64,000 bases of DNA, taken from assembly GCA_045632845.1 (NCBI GenBank), contig JAZQXL010000020.1, forward strand, positions 35,386 through 99,385, read 5' to 3'. Positions 49,338 through 58,401 of this stretch are shown here, piece by piece. This DNA is from Alphaproteobacteria bacterium. GTDB lineage: Bacteria > Pseudomonadota > Alphaproteobacteria > CAAHEQ01 > UBA3637. The notes beneath the pieces were generated by a model. That model saw nothing but the letters and a program-made list of their open reading frames with translations, made no database searches and was not told the origin of the DNA. A program made the position numbers and the translations under genes. Within the stretch, counting starts at the first letter, position 1, and each line of letters opens with the position of its first letter.

Positions 49338-49835
49338 TCACTCTTCTAATGATAAATTTTGATTAGATGGAATTTGAATAATCGAGTGACAAATCGCTCC
49401 TGAGGGCAGTTTTGTAGTCATTATCATCAATTTATCTGTATTGGATAAATTGAGATGGGTATTTAAATCTTCAACTGTTGTTCTATAAATTTTACTTTTA
49501 TTTCCAACATCATTCATATAAGCTAAGTGCCACTTTCTGATCCACCTCGATACTGTTTGAACAGTCACCCCAACAATGGGAGCAACCTCTCTCATTGACA
49601 AACCAGAAAGATAAAGCGTATGAGTTATTATCTTAATAAATATAGATTTTCCTGCGGGCGCTGTTTTTGTAAACTGATATCCACACCCACAACATCTATA
49701 TCTTTGCACACCAAAAACCCAGCCATTTTTAACCAAGTTTAAAGATCCGCATTTAAGACATTTCAGATTTGTTTTTTCCATACTCAATAAAATATCATTA
49801 AAAAAGTTACATTTCAATCTTTTTTTATTTATCAC
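49338..49835 (-). CDS. IS1 InsA-like protein (Zn-ribbon plus HTH) with no adjacent InsB/DDE transposase; a solo remnant or domesticated regulator heading the RND operon. An internal start at MEKTNLK (49781) is possible
   Basis: CLKCGSLNLVKNGWVFGVQRYRCCGCGYQF (CxxC...CxxC ribbon) then GLSMREVAPIVGVTVQTVSRWIRKW HTH, parallel to IS1 InsA. Confidence 0.5.
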   Translation of the reverse strand: MINKKRLKCNFFNDILLSMEKTNLKCLKCGSLNLVKNGWVFGVQRYRCCGCGYQFTKTAPAGKSIFIKIITHTLYLSGLSMREVAPIVGVTVQTVSRWIRKWHLAYMNDVGNKSKIYRTTVEDLNTHLNLSNTDKLMIMTTKLPSGAICHSIIQIPSNQNLSLEE

Positions 49836-49925
49836 TTTTAAGCATTAAAAAAGGATTGCACTTGACACTTTTAAGTTTTGTATATAAAAAATATTACAAA
49901 TCCTAATTATAACAAGAGGTTAAAC

Positions 49926-52328
49926 ATGTTTAAATTTATTCGTTTTTTTATAATGCTCATTTGTTTTTCAGCTTTTCTTGCTTCTCCTATTCAAGCTCAA
50001 GAAAACAACGTCGGTTCTGTTGAAAAAAAGGAAATTAACATTTCTTTAATTGCACAAGATATTCAAAAAATTGAAAACAGTATTTCAAAAACCGTTCCCT
50101 CCAAAACTCAATCTGTTGAAATTGTCAAGCAATTAAATGAGTATTATTCCTTAGCACAAACAAAACGAAACATTGAACAATCAAAATTAGATGAACTGCA
50201 AAAAAAAGTTTCTGCTCTTGGCTCATTAGATGAAGGAGCAAAAGAATCTAAAGAAATTGCTAATCAACGCTCCCAATTTTTAAAAGAAATTGAATCTGTT
50301 AAAACACAAATTTCAAAAACAGATTTAGCAATAGCACAAATTGACACTCTTAATCAAAAAGTTGCAAATCAAAGGACACAAGGCCTTCTAGATACCCTAC
50401 TCGTAAAAAGAAACTCCATTTTAGACATTAAAGAATTTGCAGCAACATTGTTAAATTTTTCAACATTTATATACCATTTATTGCAATATCCTTTATCCTG
50501 GTATCAAGAACAAACAGCAACAGTTCAACATACAACTATTGATAAACTCTTTTCTTTATTATTCTGGGCATTTTCTGCTTTAGGGTTTTCAATTCTTATC
50601 AATATGTTCATTCGAAAAAAATTAGGATACGACCAAGCAATTGAAAAACCAAACTACTCCCAAAAAGTGCAAGCTGGATTTTTTATGATTCTTGCTAGAG
50701 CCATCATTCCAGCAGCAATCCCAGTTGCATTTTTGGCTTGGCGCAATCAAAATCCAGACTTTTTAACAGGTCAATTTGGTACACTTATTGATATTTTTGC
50801 CCACTATTTAATTTATTTGTTTTTATTCACAGGTATTTCGAGCGTTTTATTCACCCCTAAAAAAGAACAATGGCGCTTGATTGAAGTGAACAATGATCGT
50901 GCTTGCAAAATATCAAAAACACTCATTTATTCTATTGTTATCTTATGCTTCTTTTCATTCTTGCATGTTGCAGCAATTAGATTAGGTATTGGGGAAGAAA
51001 CTGTATACGCCATCAAAATGGTCAACAACTGTATTAAAGGCATTTGCATTATGTTTTTAGCCCATGGCCTTTTATATAACAGTACCTCACTAACAGATGA
51101 AGAACTCAACAGTACAGAAGAAGTTCAAGGCCTTTCTCTTTCTTCAAGATTAAGTATTTTAATCATAATTGCATCTGCAATTGTGCTTGGATTTTCATTG
51201 GTTGGCTACGTCAAACTTGCAGAATATGTATACAACCGATTTTTTGTAAGCGTTGCTTTTGTTGGAATCGGATACATTTTTCAAAAATTTATTTTTGTTC
51301 TTTTCCACCAATTAATGAACAAAAAATTTTGGGGCAAAAACTTACGCCTAACAAAACAAAAAGCAAAACGTATTGAGTTTTTATTTAACCTTTTCACAGT
51401 CCCCGTTGTTGGTGCATTTATTATCCTTTGTATATTGGGTGTGTGGGGTGTTTCTGTTGATATTATGATCCAAAATCTTAAAAAAATTCTTATTGGTTTT
51501 GATATTGGTGGTATGCATGTTTCCATCACATCTATCTTTATGGGAATTGTTGCCTTTTTTGTAACAAACACTATTTTCAAAACCATTAAAAACAGTCTTA
51601 CAGAAGGAAAATTATCTGAGGCTTTTGATTTGGATGTCGGTGTTAAAACATCCATTGCGGCATTAATTGGATTTTTTGGCACTATTCTTGCTTTTATTGT
51701 CGCATTAAGCGTTATGGGGGGCAGTTTAAAAGGCCTAGCAATTGCAGCAGGGGCTCTTTCTCTGGGTGCTGGTCTTGGCTTACAAAATGTTGTAAATAAC
51801 TTTGTTTCAGGCATCATTTTATTATTTGAACGTCCTTTTAAAATTGGTGACTGGATTTTAATTGACCAATATGAAGGAATTGTCAAACAAATTAACATGC
51901 GTTCAACACAAATTGAAACCTTCAATAAATCAAATGTTATCATTCCAAATGCAACACTTCTTTCAACCAGCTTAATTAACATGACGTACAAGAACAAGCA
52001 GTCCCGTGTTGATTTGCATGTTGGCGTTGATTATACAAGCGACATTAAATTAGTAACAGATACATTGCTTGAATGCGCCAAAGAAACAAAGGGCATTCTC
52101 CAAGTCCCTGCGCCTTATGTTGCCGTTATGGAATTAGCTGATAACAGCTTAAACTTTAGATTGAGTTTTTATATCTCAGATGTGGGAAATAGACTTTCTA
52201 TGCAAACAACTGTTTATTCTCTTATTGTTGAAAAGTTTAGAGAAAGAAATATCAACATTCCATTCCCTCAACGTGTATTGCATATTCAAAAATCAGAAGA
52301 TCAAAAAGACCTAAATTTTGTTGATTAA
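49926..52328 (+). CDS. Large mechanosensitive channel of the MscK/KefA type (MscS family) with N-terminal signal peptide and periplasmic coiled-coil domain
   Basis: C-terminal MscS core LGAGLGLQNVVNNFVSGIILLFERPFKIGDWI; start refined to MFKFIRFF with RBS AAGAGG. Confidence 0.75.
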   Translation: MFKFIRFFIMLICFSAFLASPIQAQENNVGSVEKKEINISLIAQDIQKIENSISKTVPSKTQSVEIVKQLNEYYSLAQTKRNIEQSKLDELQKKVSALGSLDEGAKESKEIANQRSQFLKEIESVKTQISKTDLAIAQIDTLNQKVANQRTQGLLDTLLVKRNSILDIKEFAATLLNFSTFIYHLLQYPLSWYQEQTATVQHTTIDKLFSLLFWAFSALGFSILINMFIRKKLGYDQAIEKPNYSQKVQAGFFMILARAIIPAAIPVAFLAWRNQNPDFLTGQFGTLIDIFAHYLIYLFLFTGISSVLFTPKKEQWRLIEVNNDRACKISKTLIYSIVILCFFSFLHVAAIRLGIGEETVYAIKMVNNCIKGICIMFLAHGLLYNSTSLTDEELNSTEEVQGLSLSSRLSILIIIASAIVLGFSLVGYVKLAEYVYNRFFVSVAFVGIGYIFQKFIFVLFHQLMNKKFWGKNLRLTKQKAKRIEFLFNLFTVPVVGAFIILCILGVWGVSVDIMIQNLKKILIGFDIGGMHVSITSIFMGIVAFFVTNTIFKTIKNSLTEGKLSEAFDLDVGVKTSIAALIGFFGTILAFIVALSVMGGSLKGLAIAAGALSLGAGLGLQNVVNNFVSGIILLFERPFKIGDWILIDQYEGIVKQINMRSTQIETFNKSNVIIPNATLLSTSLINMTYKNKQSRVDLHVGVDYTSDIKLVTDTLLECAKETKGILQVPAPYVAVMELADNSLNFRLSFYISDVGNRLSMQTTVYSLIVEKFRERNINIPFPQRVLHIQKSEDQKDLNFVD

Positions 52329-52331
52329 ACA

Positions 52332-52364
52332 TAAAAAGCCCTCTTAAACAGAGGGCTTTTTTAT
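52332..52364. terminator. Bidirectional intrinsic terminator (AAAAAGCCCTCT-TAAACA-GAGGGCTTTTTT)
   Basis: hairpin plus flanking A/T runs. Confidence 0.55.
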
Positions 52365-52378
52365 TCGTCATTTTACGG

Positions 52379-52912
52379 CTACATATACTTTTTACACACC
52401 TTATCAAAAAGGATTTTTCCTTCTTTTGTTTTAATTTTGTCTTTTGAATGCTGATAAAACTCAGACCAAACCATTTTTGAAATTTTTGAGTTTTCAATAA
52501 AATATCTTAATTGCATCATCATATCAATTTTATCTAAATCTTTAACAAAAAGAGCTTCTTTTGTCTCTTGTTTTTCAAACTCTTCAAACAATGTTTTCAG
52601 CTCAGGACGATTAAGTTCGTTTGAAATTTGAGAAATTGCATCCATTTCTTTTTGTTTTTTTTCATCTAATGAACAATCATCATTTGGAGTAATATCTCCC
52701 GCCCTAATTTCTGCCAAATCATGAATTAATGCTAATTCTAAACATTTTTTCATATCCAAATGAGGAGGTGTATATATCATCGCCAAAAAAGCAACACCCC
52801 AAGAATGATCCGCATCTGATTCTGTTTCAACACAAGAACGAAGAATCCATCCCCTCCGTTTAAGTGATTTTAAATCACCCATCACTTTTAAAATTTTATC
52901 AGGATTGGACAT
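52379..52912 (-). CDS. HD-domain phosphohydrolase (YfbR-like 5'-deoxynucleotidase family)
   Basis: HSWGVAFLAM...ALIHDLAEIRAGDITP (H..HD..E..GD metal-binding motifs). Confidence 0.6.
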   Translation of the reverse strand: MSNPDKILKVMGDLKSLKRRGWILRSCVETESDADHSWGVAFLAMIYTPPHLDMKKCLELALIHDLAEIRAGDITPNDDCSLDEKKQKEMDAISQISNELNRPELKTLFEEFEKQETKEALFVKDLDKIDMMMQLRYFIENSKISKMVWSEFYQHSKDKIKTKEGKILFDKVCKKYM

Positions 52913-53485
52913 TTATTTAACCTTCAACGCAATTGTTTTAGCAAGATCTGCAAGCATTCTGCTTTGAACAACAATGTAATCTTGATATGAACCATCCATT
53001 TTAGTTTCAAATTTTGATTTTTCACGCACAATGGTTTTGCCATTTTTATCTTTCAATGTCCACCAAACATCTAAAACCGCCACACCATCAAAAGCACCAA
53101 TAAAGTGATTAACCTCAACACTCAAACGATATTTATAACCCGATGTATTTGTAGAATAAAGTTCGGGTTTAATATAAGCATTTGGCAAATAGGATTGTAA
53201 ATCATCAACCAATGTTTGCCTTAATACATCGGGTAAGGGTTCTCCCCAACGATCAAATTCTGAAATCACAATTTCTGGCGTGTCTTTTTCTTTCAAAACA
53301 ATTTGAGGTTTGTAAATCAAGTCAGGAATAACAATAGGCTCCACCAACAAAGATGTTTTATTTAATGAAACAGCATTTTCATTTGAAACACTTTCCAACA
53401 TAAAAAACTTAGAATCTGGACTTCTGCCTGAAAAACACCCAGTCAACAAAATTGAACCAACGCAAAGTAAAACAAATTTTTTCAT
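52913..53485 (-). CDS. ABC-transport auxiliary lipoprotein (PqiC/YmbA-like)
   Basis: lipobox LLTGC after the signal peptide; position after an MCE gene. Confidence 0.5.
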   Translation of the reverse strand: MKKFVLLCVGSILLTGCFSGRSPDSKFFMLESVSNENAVSLNKTSLLVEPIVIPDLIYKPQIVLKEKDTPEIVISEFDRWGEPLPDVLRQTLVDDLQSYLPNAYIKPELYSTNTSGYKYRLSVEVNHFIGAFDGVAVLDVWWTLKDKNGKTIVREKSKFETKMDGSYQDYIVVQSRMLADLAKTIALKVK

Positions 53486-54300
53486 TATTTTTCCTTTCCT
53501 TTTAAAATGGCTTCTGGGTGGCGTTCCAAATAATCTGTTAAATTTTTAATTGAACGTGAAGCGGCCGAAATATCAGACAAAGTTGTATTTGCATTATTAA
53601 GCGTTTTGTTTGTTTTAACCAAAACTTCTTTTGCTGGTTTAGTCAACTGATCGATTTGATTTGTTAATTTGTTCATTGAACTAAGTAATTCAGCAAATTG
53701 AGGCAAAATAACTGGTAAATTTTCTTCCAACGTACCTAAAACCCGATCAGCACGATCCACCATATCTTTCAACGGTAACCGCTGAATTCCTTGAGAAAGT
53801 TCTTTAATCGTTGAAAGTGTTGTTGGAATTTCAAGAACGCTTGTTTGTCCTTTTCTTTTTAAGACAATGGGGGTATCTGGTTGAAAAACAAGTTCAATCA
53901 TTAACTGCCCAGTCAAATAACTTTGTGTTGCAAGACGGGCTCTTAATCCATGTTGTATCAACTCATTTAACTTAGAGCGTTTATCTGCAATGTTTAAAAA
54001 AGAGGAATCATTCACATCTCTTATTTTTTGGAATTTCACATATACAGGTATACTAAAATCCATTGATTTACCCGTTGTTACCAATTCAATTTGAACAACC
54101 TTACCAACTTCCACCCCCTCTAAAACAACAGGAGATCCAACGGATAAGCCTTTAACAGATTCTTGAAAATACATCACAACAATATTTTGGTGCGATGATG
54201 TCATGCGTTCTAACATAAATTTAGCAACAATGCCAAACAAACAGGCAAACCCGATGAGAACAAACAATCCAACCATCTTGACATTTGCTTTTTTAGACAT
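53485..54300 (-). CDS. MCE-family (MlaD/PqiB-like) substrate-binding protein
   Basis: N-terminal TM then MCE domain (VKGLSVGSPVVLEGVEVGKV). Confidence 0.7.
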   Translation of the reverse strand: MSKKANVKMVGLFVLIGFACLFGIVAKFMLERMTSSHQNIVVMYFQESVKGLSVGSPVVLEGVEVGKVVQIELVTTGKSMDFSIPVYVKFQKIRDVNDSSFLNIADKRSKLNELIQHGLRARLATQSYLTGQLMIELVFQPDTPIVLKRKGQTSVLEIPTTLSTIKELSQGIQRLPLKDMVDRADRVLGTLEENLPVILPQFAELLSSMNKLTNQIDQLTKPAKEVLVKTNKTLNNANTTLSDISAASRSIKNLTDYLERHPEAILKGKEK

Positions 54301-55075
54301 ATTCCGTTTTTCCTCTCGTTAAAAAATTATAAACAGCCTCATTTGGAGGATTCTTCAAAAGATCTTTTGGATTTCCGTGAGCAATGATTTTTTTTGTTTC
54401 AGCATCCAAGAAAATTGAATTATTCCCAATTGCAAAAATTGAACTTAACTCATGCGTTACAATAACCATTGTTGTTCCCAAACTTTTGTTAATATTCAAG
54501 ATTAAATCATCCAATAATTTTGAACTGATTGGATCCAACCCAGCTGAAGGTTCATCAAAATATAAAATATCAGGATCAAGGGCTAAAGCTCTAGCTAAAC
54601 CTGCCCGTTTTTTCATCCCACCACTAATTTGTGAGGGATAAAAATCTTCAAACCCCGCCAAACCAACCAACGCCAATTTTAAAGAAGCAATATCTTTTAT
54701 TGTTTTGGACGAATACGATGTATATTGCTCAAGCGGAAGAGCAATATTCTCTGCCAAGGTCATTGAACTGAATAATCCCCCACTTTGGTATAAAATACCA
54801 CATTTTTTCATCACTTCTTTTTGAACATCTGCCCCAGCTGATGTGAAGTTTTTTCCATCAATATAAACAGATCCCTTTATGGGTGGCAACAACCCTGTCA
54901 ACACACGCAAAAGGGAACTTTTGCCACATCCACTTCCCCCCATAATGATAAAAATGTCTTTTTTATTCACTTCAAAAGACATATCTTTTTGCAAAACAAA
55001 ATCACCATATCCCATTGTTAAATTTTTAACTTGGATTTTAGGATCTAAAACCAATTCTTTTGAAGGTATTTTCAT
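54293..55075 (-). CDS. ABC transporter ATP-binding protein of the Mce-type system
   Basis: Walker A GGSGCGKSS, signature ISGGMKKRAGLA, Walker B ILYFDEPSAG. Confidence 0.8.
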   Translation of the reverse strand: MKIPSKELVLDPKIQVKNLTMGYGDFVLQKDMSFEVNKKDIFIIMGGSGCGKSSLLRVLTGLLPPIKGSVYIDGKNFTSAGADVQKEVMKKCGILYQSGGLFSSMTLAENIALPLEQYTSYSSKTIKDIASLKLALVGLAGFEDFYPSQISGGMKKRAGLARALALDPDILYFDEPSAGLDPISSKLLDDLILNINKSLGTTMVIVTHELSSIFAIGNNSIFLDAETKKIIAHGNPKDLLKNPPNEAVYNFLTRGKTEYV

Positions 55076-56202
55076 ATATTTAACACCTCACAAATCCATG
55101 TAATAATCCCTGTCAACACAATCATCCAGACAATAGATGAAACAACAGCCTTTGTTGTTGCCTTACCAACACTGTCCGCATTTCTACCACAATAAATACC
55201 GTAATAGCAACCACACAAAGAGATAATCACACCAAATACTATTCCATGAAAAATCCCCACAAGGAAATTCACAAGACCAAAAGAATTCAGTGCATACTTC
55301 CAATATTCTTCTGGTGAAATTTCCAATAAAAATGTTCCAACAAAAGCACCCCCTGCCATACCCATAAAATCAGAAAGCATCACCAAAATAGGCATAGAGA
55401 TAAGCAATGACAAAATCCTTGGGAGGACTAAAAAATCAACTGAAGGTATCCCCATTGTTTTAAGCGCATCCAATTCTTCATTAACTTGCATTGTTCCAAT
55501 GGTTGCAGCATAAGAAGCACCCGTTCTACCCGCCATAATAATGCCAACCATAATCGCACCCATAATGCGAATCATTCCAATGGTAACAAGACTGGCCACA
55601 TAAATTTGAGCCCCAAAGGTTTTTAATTGAATGGAACCAACAAAAGCCAAAATCAATCCAACCATAAAACTGATTAATGAAACAATCAAAAGTGCTTTGG
55701 GTCCACATTCATCTAAAGCTGATACAAAATCAACACCCCGAATAACTGCCCGCCCTTTAAAAAAACGACCAATAGAGCGACAAACAGAACCACAAAACAA
55801 AAAACCTTTGGATAGAATGTGATAAAATGAAATTGTTTTTTCACCAATATCTTCTAAAAGACCTTGTTTAACAAGGCTAGGAACTGATGGGTTTCGATCA
55901 ACTGCCAAAGCCAAAGCCAATAAACTTTTTAAAGCATCTGGCATTTTGTCATATGAAACTAAAATATCCTTTTCTTTCGCAAACTTAATCAATTTATATA
56001 AATAAGAAGAAAGCGAACTATCCCAAGAAAGTAATTCTTCCCCTTTAAAAACAAGTTTAGTAATTTTTGATTGGTTAAGAGTAAGAAAACAACTCTCTTT
56101 TTCCTTTAGATTATCAAAAAAATCCAAAGAACCAACCAGATGGAGCGTTAACACGCCATCTTTTTCTTGAAAAGAAAATGAACTTAAAACATCTTTATTC
56201 AT
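55072..56202 (-). CDS. ABC permease of the Mce-type system (MlaE-like core with N-terminal STAS-like extension)
   Basis: MlaE-like region GAIMVGIIMAGRTGASYAATIGTMQVNEELDAL. Confidence 0.7.
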   Translation of the reverse strand: MNKDVLSSFSFQEKDGVLTLHLVGSLDFFDNLKEKESCFLTLNQSKITKLVFKGEELLSWDSSLSSYLYKLIKFAKEKDILVSYDKMPDALKSLLALALAVDRNPSVPSLVKQGLLEDIGEKTISFYHILSKGFLFCGSVCRSIGRFFKGRAVIRGVDFVSALDECGPKALLIVSLISFMVGLILAFVGSIQLKTFGAQIYVASLVTIGMIRIMGAIMVGIIMAGRTGASYAATIGTMQVNEELDALKTMGIPSVDFLVLPRILSLLISMPILVMLSDFMGMAGGAFVGTFLLEISPEEYWKYALNSFGLVNFLVGIFHGIVFGVIISLCGCYYGIYCGRNADSVGKATTKAVVSSIVWMIVLTGIITWICEVLNI

Positions 56203-56257
56203 AGGTACAAATTAATACAAAATCTTTATTATCTCAAGAGATTTTAACTAAAAAGGC

Positions 56258-57436
56258 CTATTTTGTTTTAGATTTATCTTCTGCTTCATAAAACAACAGC
56301 GTCTTTAAAGCTTTTAATTTTTCCAATTCAATAGCTGGCAGATTTGTTTTATGCCCACTCTTATATAAAAAGCCTTGAATGGGTTCTCCATTTTCAAAAA
56401 CAACCTCTAAAGTTTGTTCACCGCTTCTCGAATAATTTTTTGTTAACCCATGAAATTGATTGTTTGCAAATGAAACTGTCTTTGCTATTTTTCCATCTTC
56501 ATAGTAAACTTTAGCTTCTCCATTTTTTTGATTGTTTGTATAAAAAATCTCACTATGAATCTGTCCTGACTTATAATATTCTTTAGAAACGCCTTCTAAT
56601 CTCCCATTTTTATACATCATTTCAAAAAGAAGAATCCCATCTTTATCATAGATTTTTGAGATACCTTCTCGTTCATTATTTTTAAACAAATACGAAGCTA
56701 TTTTATTTCCTTCTGTATCAAACTCAAATCCTTCCCCTTCTAATATACCATTTTTATAAGGGAATTCTGCTTGTTTTTGTTTGTTGTCATAGAACATATA
56801 AACAACACCATCAACAACATCATTTTTAAAAGGAACTTGCATTTTCAAAATACCAGTTTTGGAATACACATCTTTGACACCTTCTAATCTATCATTTTGA
56901 TAAAAAGAAGATTCCTTTAACTGTCCATTTTCATAATAAATCTTGTCACTACCATTTTGCAGACCTTTGTTATAAGTTGTTTCTTGCTTAATAATACCTG
57001 AAGGATAAAATTCTTTAACAACACCAGTAAGCAAATCATTTTCATAATGCTCTTCATATTTAACTTGACCAGTTTCATAATACTCTTGTAGCAACCCCTC
57101 TGTCTTATCATTCACACGAGAATAAATCATCATCAAATTCCCATTTGAATAATATTGCTTAAACTGCCCGTGAATCTGATCATCAAGATATGAGATTTCC
57201 ATACGAAGTTGCCCATTGTCATAATAATACTTAGCAAGACCATTTCTTTTATCATTCAAATACGTAATTTCAGATTGCACCTTACCATTTGAAAAATACG
57301 TACGTTTTGTATATTCCCTTTCAACCAAAAAATAAGATGCACAACCAAAAACAATCGCACAAAAAATCAAAAAAAGAACTATTTTTTTTATCATTGAAAC
57401 CTCATAAAAATTTCTTTTAGTATAGAAAAGTCCCAC
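56258..57436 (-). CDS. MORN-variant repeat protein (YwqK-like), N-terminal membrane anchor
   Basis: ~13 tandem 23-aa repeats of the form G.....Y..NG.L. (for example YYDNGQLRMEISYLDDQIHGQFKQYYSNGNL). Confidence 0.6.
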   Translation of the reverse strand: MGLFYTKRNFYEVSMIKKIVLFLIFCAIVFGCASYFLVEREYTKRTYFSNGKVQSEITYLNDKRNGLAKYYYDNGQLRMEISYLDDQIHGQFKQYYSNGNLMMIYSRVNDKTEGLLQEYYETGQVKYEEHYENDLLTGVVKEFYPSGIIKQETTYNKGLQNGSDKIYYENGQLKESSFYQNDRLEGVKDVYSKTGILKMQVPFKNDVVDGVVYMFYDNKQKQAEFPYKNGILEGEGFEFDTEGNKIASYLFKNNEREGISKIYDKDGILLFEMMYKNGRLEGVSKEYYKSGQIHSEIFYTNNQKNGEAKVYYEDGKIAKTVSFANNQFHGLTKNYSRSGEQTLEVVFENGEPIQGFLYKSGHKTNLPAIELEKLKALKTLLFYEAEDKSKTK

Positions 57437-57550
57437 GAATTGTCAACAAAATATCAAATTTTGTAACTTTTTGTTCTTTTAACTTGCTTTTAAATAAATA
57501 CGTATGATATGGTTCAAAAGGGTTATATACAAAAATAGGTATCAATAAGA

Positions 57551-58132
57551 ATGAATAAAAAACTAAAAATCAGCATCATCTCTATCATAATTATCGCAGC
57601 ACTTGGTTTTGCAGGTTTCTGGCTTGAAAAACAAAAGACTGAAACAAATACGCTAACAAAAACTGTAAACACACAAAGTGCAAAAAATTTACAATTGCGT
57701 ATTTTGTCAGGTATGGTCTATCGACATTTAGCTGGGTATGATCTGGTTTGTAAAGAAGCGGGCTATCCTTTAAAAAAATACCCAGAATATTTTTCCCAAA
57801 AATATAAAACATCCATCCAAAAAATAAATGATGCATGGGAAGCTGATGGCAAAAATTTAGAAGACGTTTTGATTCATTTTGATAAAAAAATATATCCAAC
57901 AATCGCACACGACATCAAAAAAGAACTCATAGATATTGAAAGATTAACTGCTAAATACATTTTAGCTCATCAACAAAAAGTTTCTGTTGATAAAATTGAA
58001 TGGACAGATGAACTTGAAAATAAATTAAATCTAAAAGATGCCTGTTTATTATTAGACGATGAAGCTGCATTTTTCTTAGATCAATCTGCTTTTGATAAAG
58101 AGTTTAACGACAGAGTTAAAGAGCTCGATTAA
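57551..58132 (+). CDS. Hypothetical membrane-anchored protein (193 aa)
   Basis: ORF with N-terminal TM IISIIIIAALGFAGFWL. Confidence 0.4.
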   Translation: MNKKLKISIISIIIIAALGFAGFWLEKQKTETNTLTKTVNTQSAKNLQLRILSGMVYRHLAGYDLVCKEAGYPLKKYPEYFSQKYKTSIQKINDAWEADGKNLEDVLIHFDKKIYPTIAHDIKKELIDIERLTAKYILAHQQKVSVDKIEWTDELENKLNLKDACLLLDDEAAFFLDQSAFDKEFNDRVKELD

Positions 58133-58401
58133 TATTTTTTAAGAATCGGTATTGACTCGAGTCGAATAAAAATATATACATATGCAACGAATCTATTTTG
58201 ACTCATTGTACAAAAAAGCTCAAATATCAAAAAAGTGTACAAATTCAAAAACAATGGACACAATATATTGAAAACAAGAATCAAGATATTGCGTCAAGAA
58301 ATTTATTTGCAAAAATTAACAAAAAGTTAATTGCTATTTGCAAATATTTTTTTAAGATATGAATCAAGATAGGACACAAAGACTCAAGGAAGACAAAAAA
58401 G

